Below are positions 22,965-31,998 of a stretch of 64,000 bases of DNA, one piece after another. Source of the stretch: Candidatus Eiseniibacteriota bacterium (lineage in GTDB: Bacteria > Eisenbacteria > RBG-16-71-46); assembly GCA_963717505.1 (NCBI GenBank), contig OY970342.1, positions 2,528,001-2,592,000 on the forward strand. Reading direction: 5' to 3'. The translations under genes were made by a program, and so were the position numbers. Position 1 is the first letter of the stretch. Every line of letters starts with the position of its first letter. The notes under the pieces are model-generated. The model made no database searches. It saw nothing but the letters and a program-made list of their open reading frames with translations, and had not been told where the DNA came from.

Positions 22965-23531
22965 CTACGAGGCATGCGACGCCAGGCCGACAGAGTGCAC
23001 GCGCCCCCAGCTCTTGAGGCGGAACCCGAGCGCGATTTGCAGGATTCCGGAGGCGATGGCGTAGCCGCCGATCCACAGCACCATGGCGAGCGCACCGACG
23101 GCCGGCGCCGCGACCAGGATCACGCCGAGGGCCACCGACAGAAGCCCCGAAAGGACGAGCCGCCACTCGCCCGTGATCTCCTTCCGCAGCCGGATCGCCG
23201 CGACGATCGTGGTCACCCCGATCGCGATGGCCCACACCGCCATGATCATGAGCAGCGCGACGGTGGTAATGGCCGGGAAGAAGAACGTTACGACACCGGT
23301 AGCGATCCCCAGCAGGCCGCCGATGACCAGCGGAACCCAAGCGGGTTCTCCGTGGCGGTTGGCGATGGCCGACACGACCATGAACACCCCGTCGGCGAGC
23401 GAGTAGGCGCCGAACATCAGCACCAGCGCCGCCAGAGTGATCCCCGGCTGGAAGAACGTGAGAACGCCGAACACAATTGCGGCGATCCCGCGCAACACCA
23501 CCCATCCCCAGTTACGACTCAGAATCTCCAT
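22965..23531 (-). CDS. HdeD/DUF308-family membrane protein
   Basis: AGGAGGAGGT RBS; NWGWVVLRGIAAIVFG...PGIT, EITGEW; about six TM helices. Confidence 0.88.
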   Translation of the reverse strand: MEILSRNWGWVVLRGIAAIVFGVLTFFQPGITLAALVLMFGAYSLADGVFMVVSAIANRHGEPAWVPLVIGGLLGIATGVVTFFFPAITTVALLMIMAVWAIAIGVTTIVAAIRLRKEITGEWRLVLSGLLSVALGVILVAAPAVGALAMVLWIGGYAIASGILQIALGFRLKSWGRVHSVGLASHAS

Positions 23532-23611
23532 GACCTCCTCCTTTCCTCACGGGATCACGATCCCGCGACTCACGTGTGCTCGGTCGAGCACGGTTGCCGC
23601 GTGCCTCGTAT

Positions 23612-23627
23612 ATCAAGTCGTGTGCCA
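23612..23627 (-). promoter_or_regulatory. Putative sigma54 -24/-12 promoter
   Basis: TGGCAC-ACGAC-TTGAT about 80 nt upstream of the HdeD-family gene; 14/16 identical to the site at 25910. Confidence 0.7.
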
Positions 23628-23843
23628 TGGCCTGGAATGCGATGGGAGCGCAACTTACGGTTCATCGGTGACCGCGCAGGCGACGCCGAATCCCGGGGAT
23701 TCACCAGAACTGAGGACGGGCCTTGGGGACGACCGGTGACGGGCCCGAGAGCACGGTTCCGACGGACCGGAACCGCTGTGCGGCGCCAAAGAAAAGAGGC
23801 AGCTCCCCGCGGGACCTGCCTGTTTCTCGAATGCGGCCGTTCT

Positions 23844-24158
23844 CTATGGGGCGCTTCGATGCTGCCGAATATCAGCGGCGTCCTCGCTCGAAACCTTGCG
23901 AAGCCAGGCGAGCAGCCCCTGATCCGCACCCTCCAGGCGGACGCCCGACTCCGGACTCGAACAGAATCGCGCGACCAGTCCCGTCGCCGGCCGATCTACG
24001 CGCCACACGCCCGAGACGTCCAGCGTCAGCTCATGGCCCGAATCGAGCGCCGCGCGCACCAAGGCCTCGAGCCGCGGGACCTGGTCCGCGGTGATCTCAC
24101 CCGCCAGCCGGTAGACGACTCCGTTCGCCGAACGCCGCTGCTCCGTGATCTGCAGCAT
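23844..24158 (-). CDS. Small STAS-like domain protein
   Basis: GGAGG RBS; MLQITE...YRLAGEI...LTLDVSGVWRVD; 104 aa. Confidence 0.7.
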   Translation of the reverse strand: MLQITEQRRSANGVVYRLAGEITADQVPRLEALVRAALDSGHELTLDVSGVWRVDRPATGLVARFCSSPESGVRLEGADQGLLAWLRKVSSEDAADIRQHRSAP

Positions 24159-24211
24159 GGACGTGTTGCCCTCCGTTCCGGCCCGATGCACCGCGGCCCC
24201 ACCACGACCCA

Positions 24212-24895
24212 TTACCGCTTCTCTACGGCCAGCGCCCTCACGACGACGTTGGCGTAGTACACCGTGCACTGCCCGACGCCGCCCGAGTACGCCGAGAGCG
24301 CGATCCCGCCGCGCGGAGGGGGATCGGGTCGCAGCTCCTGATCGAGCACGACTCGGCCGTCGATCGCCACTCGGCAATGGTCCCTGCCGCGGATCTCGAC
24401 GCGCATGTGGTGCCAGGTCCCGTTGGCGTTCGTGAACTTGGCCGTACCGACCGGAAACTGGTTGACGTACAGCTTGAGGTCGTCGTAGCCGGGTCCACGA
24501 AGGTCGATGCCCAGGCCCTTCTTGCCCGGCATCACACGAACCGCGCAGCCCTTGTCCACGCCGCGCATGCCGCAAACGTCGAAGTCGACCGCATAGTTGA
24601 CCCAGGTGGAATCCCCGGCGTAGAGGAAGGAGTGGGCCTGCTTCTCGTCGGGGAGCTCGGCGCGCAGGACACCCTCACGGATGCTCCAAACCGAGGTGTC
24701 GTCGGTGGTCCATCCTTTCAGACTCCCGTCGGCAAACTCGTCCACGAACATGACGTCCGCCCGGCGATCGAACTTCGGCGTCGGCGGGGGCGCCGGGGCT
24801 CGCCCGGGATCCGGCGGGGTGTCGGCTACTGCGAGCGCTGCCGCCAGACCGACGAGGATCGGCCAACTTGCCAAGATGCGACTAGGCCGTTTCAT
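24212..24895 (-). CDS. Secreted beta-sandwich protein (DUF1080 / ConA-like)
   Basis: Signal peptide; FVDEF, WSIREGVL, WVNYAVDFD, WHHMRVE, RGGIAL and YYANVVV pattern. Confidence 0.65.
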   Translation of the reverse strand: MKRPSRILASWPILVGLAAALAVADTPPDPGRAPAPPPTPKFDRRADVMFVDEFADGSLKGWTTDDTSVWSIREGVLRAELPDEKQAHSFLYAGDSTWVNYAVDFDVCGMRGVDKGCAVRVMPGKKGLGIDLRGPGYDDLKLYVNQFPVGTAKFTNANGTWHHMRVEIRGRDHCRVAIDGRVVLDQELRPDPPPRGGIALSAYSGGVGQCTVYYANVVVRALAVEKR

Positions 24896-24938
24896 ACAGA
24901 GCACTCTGAGTGCTGCCGGCCAAAGCCCAAGACGCTGA

Positions 24939-25688
24939 TCATGACGCTGCAGAAGTGACGTCTTTGCGGCCCGTCATGCCGTTTGGCAAGGCGAGCCCGA
25001 CGCGCTTGCGAGACATGGGCCCACCGCGATCCAGGTTGGCGAGCATGAACGCGGCGGCGTCAGCGTAGGGAATGATCATCTGTGAGATCTTCATCGCGAA
25101 GAGTGGCAGCACCAGCGGATCGGGCAGCAGCTTCGCCACCGCCGGCATGGCCACGGGCAGGCGTTCGAGCGACACGCGCAGTCGATGGATCCCGACGGCT
25201 GGTTGATCCACCATCGGCCCGGGGCAGAGCAACCGCCACTCGATGGTGGACCGCTGGAGGCGTTCGAAGTTGACCCGATGCGGCCAGTACGTGTCGCGCA
25301 CCTTCGGGAGGTCGAGGCCGCGCCGGCCCGAGGAATCGAGATCGAGCAGGCCCGCGCCAGCGAGCAGCCAGCACAGTGGCCTGCGGTCCCCGGGCAATGT
25401 CTCGACACTGGAGACGACGCGATCGAACAGATCGACGAAACGCTGGCCCTCGGTGACGAGGCCGGCGCAGCTGACCAGCACATCGTGCCCTGAGATGAAT
25501 TCGCCCAGCTGCGAAGGCTGTTGTTGCATGAGATCACCGGTCGTGATCCTCGCTATCGAGGCGATGTCCGGCGGCAATTTGGCCGGCACGCGCACCAGTG
25601 CCGATACGTCGTGACCTGAGGCGACCGCGAGCCGGGCGACATGCGATCCGAGCGAGCCGGTTGCACCGAAGATGGCGATTCGCGTCAT
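24939..25688 (-). CDS. NAD(P)H-binding atypical SDR / flavin reductase-like protein
   Basis: MTRIAIFGATGSLG, ALVR, AGAGLL and WRLLCPG. Confidence 0.85.
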   Translation of the reverse strand: MTRIAIFGATGSLGSHVARLAVASGHDVSALVRVPAKLPPDIASIARITTGDLMQQQPSQLGEFISGHDVLVSCAGLVTEGQRFVDLFDRVVSSVETLPGDRRPLCWLLAGAGLLDLDSSGRRGLDLPKVRDTYWPHRVNFERLQRSTIEWRLLCPGPMVDQPAVGIHRLRVSLERLPVAMPAVAKLLPDPLVLPLFAMKISQMIIPYADAAAFMLANLDRGGPMSRKRVGLALPNGMTGRKDVTSAAS

Positions 25689-25870
25689 GGGTCTTCGCTC
25701 CCGCCGCGCTCCTCTGTGCGTTCGGAGCGCCTGATCTCCCCGAACAGCCCGAGACGTGAAACCCGCGGACGCCACCAGGGCGAGAGGTCCCCGAGCAGGG
25801 CCAGTGCCAGCAGGCCCATGCCCCACCAGAAGGGCGTAAGTGCAATCGTGATCAGCATGGTGGTGTTCAT
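25685..25870 (-). CDS. Small (61 aa) membrane protein
   Basis: GAGG RBS, one hydrophobic helix, stop overlaps the next ATG (ATGA), directly downstream of a sigma54 promoter. Confidence 0.55.
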   Translation of the reverse strand: MNTTMLITIALTPFWWGMGLLALALLGDLSPWWRPRVSRLGLFGEIRRSERTEERGGSEDP

Positions 25871-25909
25871 TGTCGTCCTCACTCCGCGTGAAGTCTCCAC
25901 CCAGCCCTA

Positions 25910-25925
25910 ATCAAGCGGTGTGCCA
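25910..25925 (-). promoter_or_regulatory. Putative sigma54 -24/-12 promoter
   Basis: TGGCAC-ACCGC-TTGAT, immediately downstream of a GAFTGA-containing activator gene. Confidence 0.7.
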
Positions 25926-26044
25926 TCGAGGACATGTTGCGGCCGAATGAGTTACATCGCCGTTCGCAAGTGCGGCCCCCACGAAGGACGGGGAATCCTC
26001 CGATTCTGGGGACCGGGCGGCCCGGTGTGCGCGACGAAAGTCGT

Positions 26045-27688
26045 CTACGGCTTCGGACGGAACCGCGCTTTGTCGATGTGGTAGAGCCGGATCTTGTTGT
26101 CCAGGGTGGCCGGAGGGATCCCCAGCCGCCGCGCCGCACCGCGGGTGCCCGCGACCCGGCCTTCGCAGGCCTCAAGCGCTTCCTCGATGAGCTTCTTCTC
26201 CTGGGCGCGCAGCCCTTCCCGCAGGTTGCCTCGCGCCACCGCCGCCGGGGCGATCCACGAGCCCTCCGGTCTCGGGACCGATGACAACTCCATCATCTGT
26301 TCGTCGAGGCGGAGCGGTCCGCCCTCGGAGAGGATCGTGGCGCGCTCTACGAGGTTCCCGAGTTCGCGCACGTTTCCCGGCCAGTCGTAATCCATCATGC
26401 GCCCGAGGCTCTCCGGGTCGATTCCGGCGTAGTTGAGCCCGCGCCGTTCCGCAAGGCGCCGTGCGAAGTACTCGACGAGGGCCGGGATGTCGTCCCGGCG
26501 CTCGCGCAGCGGCGGCAGCTCGATCGGGAACACGCTCAGGCGGTAGTAGAGGTCCTCGCGGAACGAGGCCTGGGCCACACTCGTGCGCAGGTCGCGATGG
26601 GTCGCCGCGATGACACGCACGTCAGTGCGCAGCGTGTGCGAGCCGCCCACGCGCTCGAACTCCTGCTCCTGAAGCACGCGGAGCAGCGCCACCTGCAGGT
26701 CGAGCGGCAGGTCACCGATCTCGTCCAGGAAGATGGTGCCTCCGGCTGCCAGCTCGAAGCGACCCTGACGCCGTTGGGTGGCCCCGGTGAATGCGCCCCG
26801 CTCGTGGCCGAACAGCTCGGAAGCGATCAGTCCCGGCGACAACGCCGCGCAGTTCAGGGACACGAGCGGGCCTTTCGCGCGCGGCGAGCGTTGATGGATG
26901 GCGCGCGCGATCAGCTCCTTGCCCGTGCCGGTCTCGCCGAGGATCAGCACCGTGGTGTCGGTGGGACCGACCCTCTCGACTCGCTTGAGCACCGCGCGCA
27001 GCGCGCTCGAGCTTCCGACGATCTCGCCGAACATGCCACGCTCGGCGACTTCCTGACGCAAGGCGACGTTCTCGCGCACGAGCTGGGCGCGGAGCTGCAG
27101 GATCTCCTGATAGGCCAGAGCATTGGCCACCGCACCCGCGACCGGCTGCGAGAGCTGCTCCAGCAGATGGGCGTCGTGGGGGCTCAAAGGGGGAGGGTGC
27201 AGACGACCGTAAAACAGTGCCCCGAGAAACGTGTCGCGCACGAACATCGGCACGTAGACGCAGGACCGGGACCCGCTCGCCAGGAGGACGTCGCGCTCGG
27301 CGAAATGATACTCGCTCTGAATGTCGCAACAGAGATGCGCGCGGCGGGTGTCACGCACGTGCTCGACGACGGTGCCGGCCAGCGGAATCTCCGGGACCTC
27401 ATCGGGGTTCTCGGGCGACTCGCCACGGAAGCGGTGCATCATGTGGCCGATGGATTCGCCCGGGCGGCGCAGCTCGGTGGAGTGGAAGGAGAAGAGCCGA
27501 ACCCGATCCCGATCGTTGCCGGAAATCACCACCACCCCGGCGGCTTCCACGCGCACGTGGCGCCTCACGGCACCGGACAGGGCCTCGAGCAGCCGGTCGA
27601 TCTCGAGATGGGAGTTGGCCGCCTCCGAGACTTCGAGGAGGAGGCGGTACGGCAACCCGCCTTGCGGTCCGCCGTCCCCGGACGTCAT
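26045..27688 (-). CDS. Sigma54-dependent enhancer-binding protein, GAF-AAA-HTH (FhlA/NifA-like)
   Basis: [44 protein letters not shown] and C-terminal HTH; N-terminal GAF. Confidence 0.93.
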   Translation of the reverse strand: MTSGDGGPQGGLPYRLLLEVSEAANSHLEIDRLLEALSGAVRRHVRVEAAGVVVISGNDRDRVRLFSFHSTELRRPGESIGHMMHRFRGESPENPDEVPEIPLAGTVVEHVRDTRRAHLCCDIQSEYHFAERDVLLASGSRSCVYVPMFVRDTFLGALFYGRLHPPPLSPHDAHLLEQLSQPVAGAVANALAYQEILQLRAQLVRENVALRQEVAERGMFGEIVGSSSALRAVLKRVERVGPTDTTVLILGETGTGKELIARAIHQRSPRAKGPLVSLNCAALSPGLIASELFGHERGAFTGATQRRQGRFELAAGGTIFLDEIGDLPLDLQVALLRVLQEQEFERVGGSHTLRTDVRVIAATHRDLRTSVAQASFREDLYYRLSVFPIELPPLRERRDDIPALVEYFARRLAERRGLNYAGIDPESLGRMMDYDWPGNVRELGNLVERATILSEGGPLRLDEQMMELSSVPRPEGSWIAPAAVARGNLREGLRAQEKKLIEEALEACEGRVAGTRGAARRLGIPPATLDNKIRLYHIDKARFRPKP

Positions 27689-27881
27689 CCGAGGGCTTCC
27701 CACTTCCCAGAACTCTCCTGGGGTGGCTGGGTGCAGTACGAACGGGGCTGCAGTCTCACGTTCGAGCCGAGTCTCGCTGGCTGCGGCGCCGAATGACGGA
27801 CGCCTCGAGTCCACGCCATCCGAACCGGGAAGCTGCTGTCGTGACGGAAGCGGAGGGTATCACGGGCGCTGAGCCTGCTGT

Positions 27882-27911
27882 CACTTCTGCCGCTCCCACT
27901 TCTGCCGCTCC
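27882..27911. repeat. Perfect 15-bp tandem duplication
   Basis: CACTTCTGCCGCTCC occurs twice in tandem in the intergenic region upstream of tRNA-Cys. Confidence 0.8.
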
Positions 27912-28056
27912 CAACCCAACCTTCAACGTAGCCATCACTGCGGCCAGTCCCCAAGGAATGCCGGCTGACCTGCGAAAGGCGATGGTCCAATAGTCCATCG
28001 TGGCTGGAATCTCCCCCGCGCCTGCGCTATAAGTCTCCGCCCCACAACTTCTTCGA

Positions 28057-28131
28057 GGCGGCATAGCCAAGTGGTAAGGCGAGGGTCTGCAAAACCCTTA
28101 TTCCCCGGTTCGAATCCGGGTGCCGCCTCCA
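28057..28131 (+). tRNA. tRNA-Cys (GCA)
   Basis: GGCGGCA acceptor stem, D arm, anticodon loop CT-GCA-AA, GGTTCGAATCC T arm, encoded CCA. Confidence 0.97.
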
Positions 28132-28184
28132 TTGTTCCCGGGTTTGGGCGAGGACGCGCCGTGCTCCGTGTTGGGTCCAAGCCG

Positions 28185-28724
28185 ATGCTCCGCGGGCTTC
28201 TCGACGTCGGCTTCGCGGTCGCCTTGGTCCTTCCCCTGGCAGCGTGCACGCCCGGAGGCACGTCCAAGACTGGAAAGAGCGCGCAGGAGGGTTTTGTCAC
28301 TGCCGACGACGGCGTGCGTCTGTTCTACCGCAAGGTAGGCAACGGACCGCAAACCATCGTGCTTCCCGGCGATCTGTTTCTGCACCCGGCCCTGGACGGT
28401 CTCTCCGAGGGACGCACCCTCGTCTTCTACGACATGCGCAACCGCGGGCGCTCGGATTCGGTGTCGATCGAGCGCAAGAACACGATCCGCCGTGATGTCG
28501 TCGATCTCGAGAACCTGCGCACGCAGCTCGGCATCGATCGAATGAGCCTGGTGGGCTCGAACGCGCGGCTGCTGACCATCGACGGTGCCGCGCCCTGCCC
28601 GTGGGCGGACGAGCCCGAGCTCGTGCTATCGGCGATGGACGTCTTCTTCGATGGCGACTGGCCGGAGCGCGCGGAAAAAGTGGCGACGCTGGAACCGACG
28701 GCTGCCGGTTTGCCTTCGCGCTAA
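28185..28724 (+). pseudogene. Alpha/beta hydrolase lipoprotein with apparent in-frame internal deletion
   Basis: LAAC lipobox, DGVRLFY and YDMRNRGRS, then MSLVGS joined directly to the C-terminal NARLLTIDGAAPCPW; cap domain and catalytic His are absent. Confidence 0.6.
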
Positions 28725-29560
28725 CGCAGCAGCCCCGAGCACACCGCCCAAAGCAGTGAAGCCGCCAGTGCCAAGGCGGACAGCAGGCCCAGGATTCGAA
28801 CCGCGATTCCCGGCCCGCGTCCCTCGAGCCTCGGATTGAGCGGCGTCACCATGCCCAGGATCACCCCCACCAGGGTCCCCGCGGCGTGAGCGATGTTGTC
28901 GGTACCGTTCCGCGTGAGTCCGTTGGCGAGGCCCTGCGCCACCAGAAACAGAAACGCGCCGCCGAGTGCTCGGGCTCGCCCCGGGGCGAGTCGGTGACGC
29001 AGGCGAAACGCCGCGGCGAGCAACGCGCCACCAAGGGCGAAGATTGCGCCCGAGGCGCCGACGCTGACGCTGAGCCCCGTCTCGTGACGCTGCGTGCGCC
29101 AGATCAGGCTGGCCCAGGACGCCGCAGCACCGCCGCCGGCAAAGACGATGAAGAAGCCCCAGCGGGTGAAGATGCGCTCGACGGCGGGCCCGAAGATGAG
29201 CATGCTGGTCGCGTTGAAGAAGACATGTGCGATGCCGGAGTGGAGGAACGTCGACGCGAGCAGACGCCACGACGTGTCGAGCGGTCCGAGTCCGGTGGCG
29301 CTGGCTCCCCAGACCAGGAGCGACCAGGGATCGCCGAGATCGCCGCGCACCGCGAGCCCCGCGAACACCAGCGCCCAGGCGAACAGCAGCGCTACCGTTG
29401 CCCACGGGTGGATGTCCCGCAGCGCGGTCCAGAGCTCGAAGGGGGGCGGCTCGTCCGGGTCGGGTGGAACGTAACCGGCGGCGAGATCCTCGGGATCGAG
29501 TGGCTCGGAGGAATCGGAATCCGCGCTCCGATCGACGTGGGTCGGACGCTCGTCGCTCAC
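28721..29560 (-). CDS. Rhomboid intramembrane serine protease
   Basis: FLHSGIAHVFFN, VGASGA and NIAHAAG. Confidence 0.92.
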   Translation of the reverse strand: MSDERPTHVDRSADSDSSEPLDPEDLAAGYVPPDPDEPPPFELWTALRDIHPWATVALLFAWALVFAGLAVRGDLGDPWSLLVWGASATGLGPLDTSWRLLASTFLHSGIAHVFFNATSMLIFGPAVERIFTRWGFFIVFAGGGAAASWASLIWRTQRHETGLSVSVGASGAIFALGGALLAAAFRLRHRLAPGRARALGGAFLFLVAQGLANGLTRNGTDNIAHAAGTLVGVILGMVTPLNPRLEGRGPGIAVRILGLLSALALAASLLWAVCSGLLR

Positions 29561-30258
29561 CGTTTGCCTCGCCGGCGGGATCCGGTCTCGGGAACGAACG
29601 ACAGAGTCAGCGCGTAGCGAAGGCGGGACGCATCGGTGGCGTCGCTGCGCCGGCGTGCGTGACGCTCCAGCAACCGCATGAGGTCCGAGCGCAAGGCCCG
29701 GATCTGTGCACTCGTGCCGGTGACCAGCGTGCGCGCCACGAAAGGCTCGATGCCCGGTTCGAGCCGCACGGAGATTCGGCGGAGCGAGCGGATGTCTCCG
29801 AGTCCCAGGTTCATCACTGACAGTGCCGCGCGAACCACGCCGGCGGCCGCGCGGGACTCCTGAGCGCGGGCGCGGGCGACGTGCGACCCCGCCGGCGGGG
29901 GTGACGCGTTGCCGACGCCACGCGCCCGCGCCGATCGGCGGGTCGGGCGCTCGAGCACGCCGCGGCCGAACTCGAAGCTCCGCGCGACCGCCTCGTAGTA
30001 GCGCTCGGTCGTCCCGCGATTCGGCCGGACCTCCCGGAGCCGGATCAGCCCCCCGCGCTCCAGCACCTGAACGTGATGGTAGAGGCGCGTGGGTGGCTCG
30101 CCCAGCTGCTCGGCGACCTGCTTCGCGGTCGCCGGTCGCTCGGCGAGCGACTGAAGCAGGCGCAGCCTCAGGGGATGGGCCAGCACGCGAACCTGGGCCA
30201 AATCGTTGAGCTGGGCGCGCTCGAGTTTTGCGCCCGAGACCGTTCGCCGACGGGGCAT
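29557..30258 (-). CDS. ArsR-like winged-helix transcriptional regulator
   Basis: LAHPLRLRLL, TAKQVAEQL, LYHHVQVLERGGLI and RGTTERYY. Confidence 0.85.
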   Translation of the reverse strand: MPRRRTVSGAKLERAQLNDLAQVRVLAHPLRLRLLQSLAERPATAKQVAEQLGEPPTRLYHHVQVLERGGLIRLREVRPNRGTTERYYEAVARSFEFGRGVLERPTRRSARARGVGNASPPPAGSHVARARAQESRAAAGVVRAALSVMNLGLGDIRSLRRISVRLEPGIEPFVARTLVTGTSAQIRALRSDLMRLLERHARRRSDATDASRLRYALTLSFVPETGSRRRGKR

Positions 30259-30419
30259 GCCCCCAGTGTACTCCGAGGGTTGCATCGAAACCAAATAGTC
30301 AGCTAGAGTTGAATAATCAAATCATGGCCGGCCGTTCCACTCCGACGGCGTTGAATGCTCACGACGAGCGACGCGTCGACGGCCGCCGGTGAGACGTTCC
30401 GTCCATGGAGGTGGAAACC

Positions 30420-31133
30420 ATGCGGTCCACGCATCCGCTTCGCCTGTTCGACCACGTCTTCGCATTGTTCCTGATGGTTGGCTTTCCACTGCTTGCCAAG
30501 TTCTGGGGCTATCCGCAGCTGCTCGCGGCCCTGGATCGCGGCGACCCCGGAGCGCGCACCGGCTCCTACCTGACCACCATGGCCATCCAGTGGATGTTGG
30601 TCGCGATCCTGGGGATCGCGTGGGTCCGGCTGGCCCGCACGACCGCAGCCCTGGGTTGGGCTTGGCCGCGCGGTTGGCGGCGGATCCTCGCGATCGCCCT
30701 TCCCGTGGTTGCCATCGTCCTGGCCTGGCTTCAATACGCAGCGGTCACCACCCAGCCGATGGCGATGGAACAAGCGCGCACGCAGATGGGGGATCTGGTG
30801 CGCATGGTCCCGCATACGCGAGCCGAACTGAACGCGTTCATGGCGCTGTCGGTGACCGCGGGATTCTGCGAGGAAATGCTCTACCGCTCGTTCCTGATCG
30901 GCTACGTGTCGCGTTTCATGCCGCCCAGGGTCGCCGCGATTGCGACCGGGATCGTGTTCGGCTTCGGGCACATCTACCAGGGCGTCGATGGCGCGATCCA
31001 AACCGGCATCGTCGGCATTGTGCTGGGGATTCTCTATGTGGTGATGGGCAGCGTGTGGCCGCTCATGGCGGTTCACGCGATCGCCGACATCGGCGGGGGG
31101 TGGGCAGGATTCGCGGTCGCAAGCGGTTCCTGA
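30420..31133 (+). CDS. CPBP (CAAX/Abi) intramembrane metalloprotease
   Basis: GGAGGT RBS; EEMLYR, FGFGH and HAIAD. Confidence 0.92.
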   Translation: MRSTHPLRLFDHVFALFLMVGFPLLAKFWGYPQLLAALDRGDPGARTGSYLTTMAIQWMLVAILGIAWVRLARTTAALGWAWPRGWRRILAIALPVVAIVLAWLQYAAVTTQPMAMEQARTQMGDLVRMVPHTRAELNAFMALSVTAGFCEEMLYRSFLIGYVSRFMPPRVAAIATGIVFGFGHIYQGVDGAIQTGIVGIVLGILYVVMGSVWPLMAVHAIADIGGGWAGFAVASGS

Positions 31134-31333
31134 AACGGGACGTCCCGAGATTGACATGTCAAGCTCCGGCCGCCGGCTGCCGATTCACTCCCCAGGGCAG
31201 GCTGGTACGGGCTGGGTATTTCTTCTCCCGGCCGGACCACTCGTCCCGGCCGATGCTTCCCTCACGGGTCCTCGGCGTTCACCGCGCTTCCCCGGCGCGA
31301 CCCCAAAGTCTTCCGACGCGCGTGGAGTCCGAC

Positions 31334-31567
31334 ATGCCGCGCAATACGCTCAAGTCGTTCCCAACCGCGAGGCTGCGCCGCGGTCTCGCGCACGTTCACC
31401 CGCTGTGCGCCGCGCCCTTGGCGCCGCCCGTGGAACCGCGGGATCCGAGGCCGCCGCGCTCCGAGGATCCCGTCACCGGGAATGGTCCGGAACCGAACGG
31501 GCCATGGGCCGTGGCTCCGGCGAGCGATCCCACGGCGCTCGTGTCCGTGGGCGATTCGGCGGCCTGA
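31334..31567 (+). CDS. Possible small Pro-rich protein (77 aa)
   Basis: GGAG RBS plus ATG; no recognisable domain. Confidence 0.3.
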   Translation: MPRNTLKSFPTARLRRGLAHVHPLCAAPLAPPVEPRDPRPPRSEDPVTGNGPEPNGPWAVAPASDPTALVSVGDSAA

Positions 31568-31575
31568 GTTCCTCT

Positions 31576-31848
31576 ATGTACCTCGCGTTCCAGCGCCTGG
31601 CCCCTGGCCCGCGGATGTCCCGCGCACTGCACCCGCCACTGCTCGCGGGACTCGCGGCATCGTTCGCCATGTCCGCGCTGGGGCCCGTCGCTCCCGATGG
31701 GGTGCTCGGGGTTCTGGTGACCGGTTCCCTGGGCGTCGTTGTCTACCTCGTGGGTCCGGCGAGTCGAGGTGAGTTGTTGCGGGCGAATTCGAACGGAATT
31801 CCATCGGTGACGCCGGCCGCGGTCGAACCGGAGCGGAAGGCGGCGTGA
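31576..31848 (+). CDS. Possible small 2-TM protein (90 aa)
   Basis: Two hydrophobic stretches; no clear RBS. Confidence 0.3.
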   Translation: MYLAFQRLAPGPRMSRALHPPLLAGLAASFAMSALGPVAPDGVLGVLVTGSLGVVVYLVGPASRGELLRANSNGIPSVTPAAVEPERKAA

Positions 31849-31998
31849 GACTCGATGCAATTCGCAACCTCGCGGGTCATTCGAACCGGCCTACTCACGC
31901 CTCAAGCGCCTTCCTGGAACCGCCGATAGTTAGCTGTGATCCGAACGCGACGCCTCACGGCGTCGTGTCGTGTTGGTCGAACCCCGGGTTCTGAGACC

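Noticed and set aside
22102-23505. 467-aa ORF suggesting an HdeD-DUF1269 fusion
   Set aside because: The upstream part is off-frame with HdeD, and the DUF1269 gene has its own RBS and ATG at 22902.
28057-28131. tRNA-Cys or tRNA-Leu (60247) as island integration sites
   Set aside because: I saw no integrase and no duplicated tRNA 3' end within the window.
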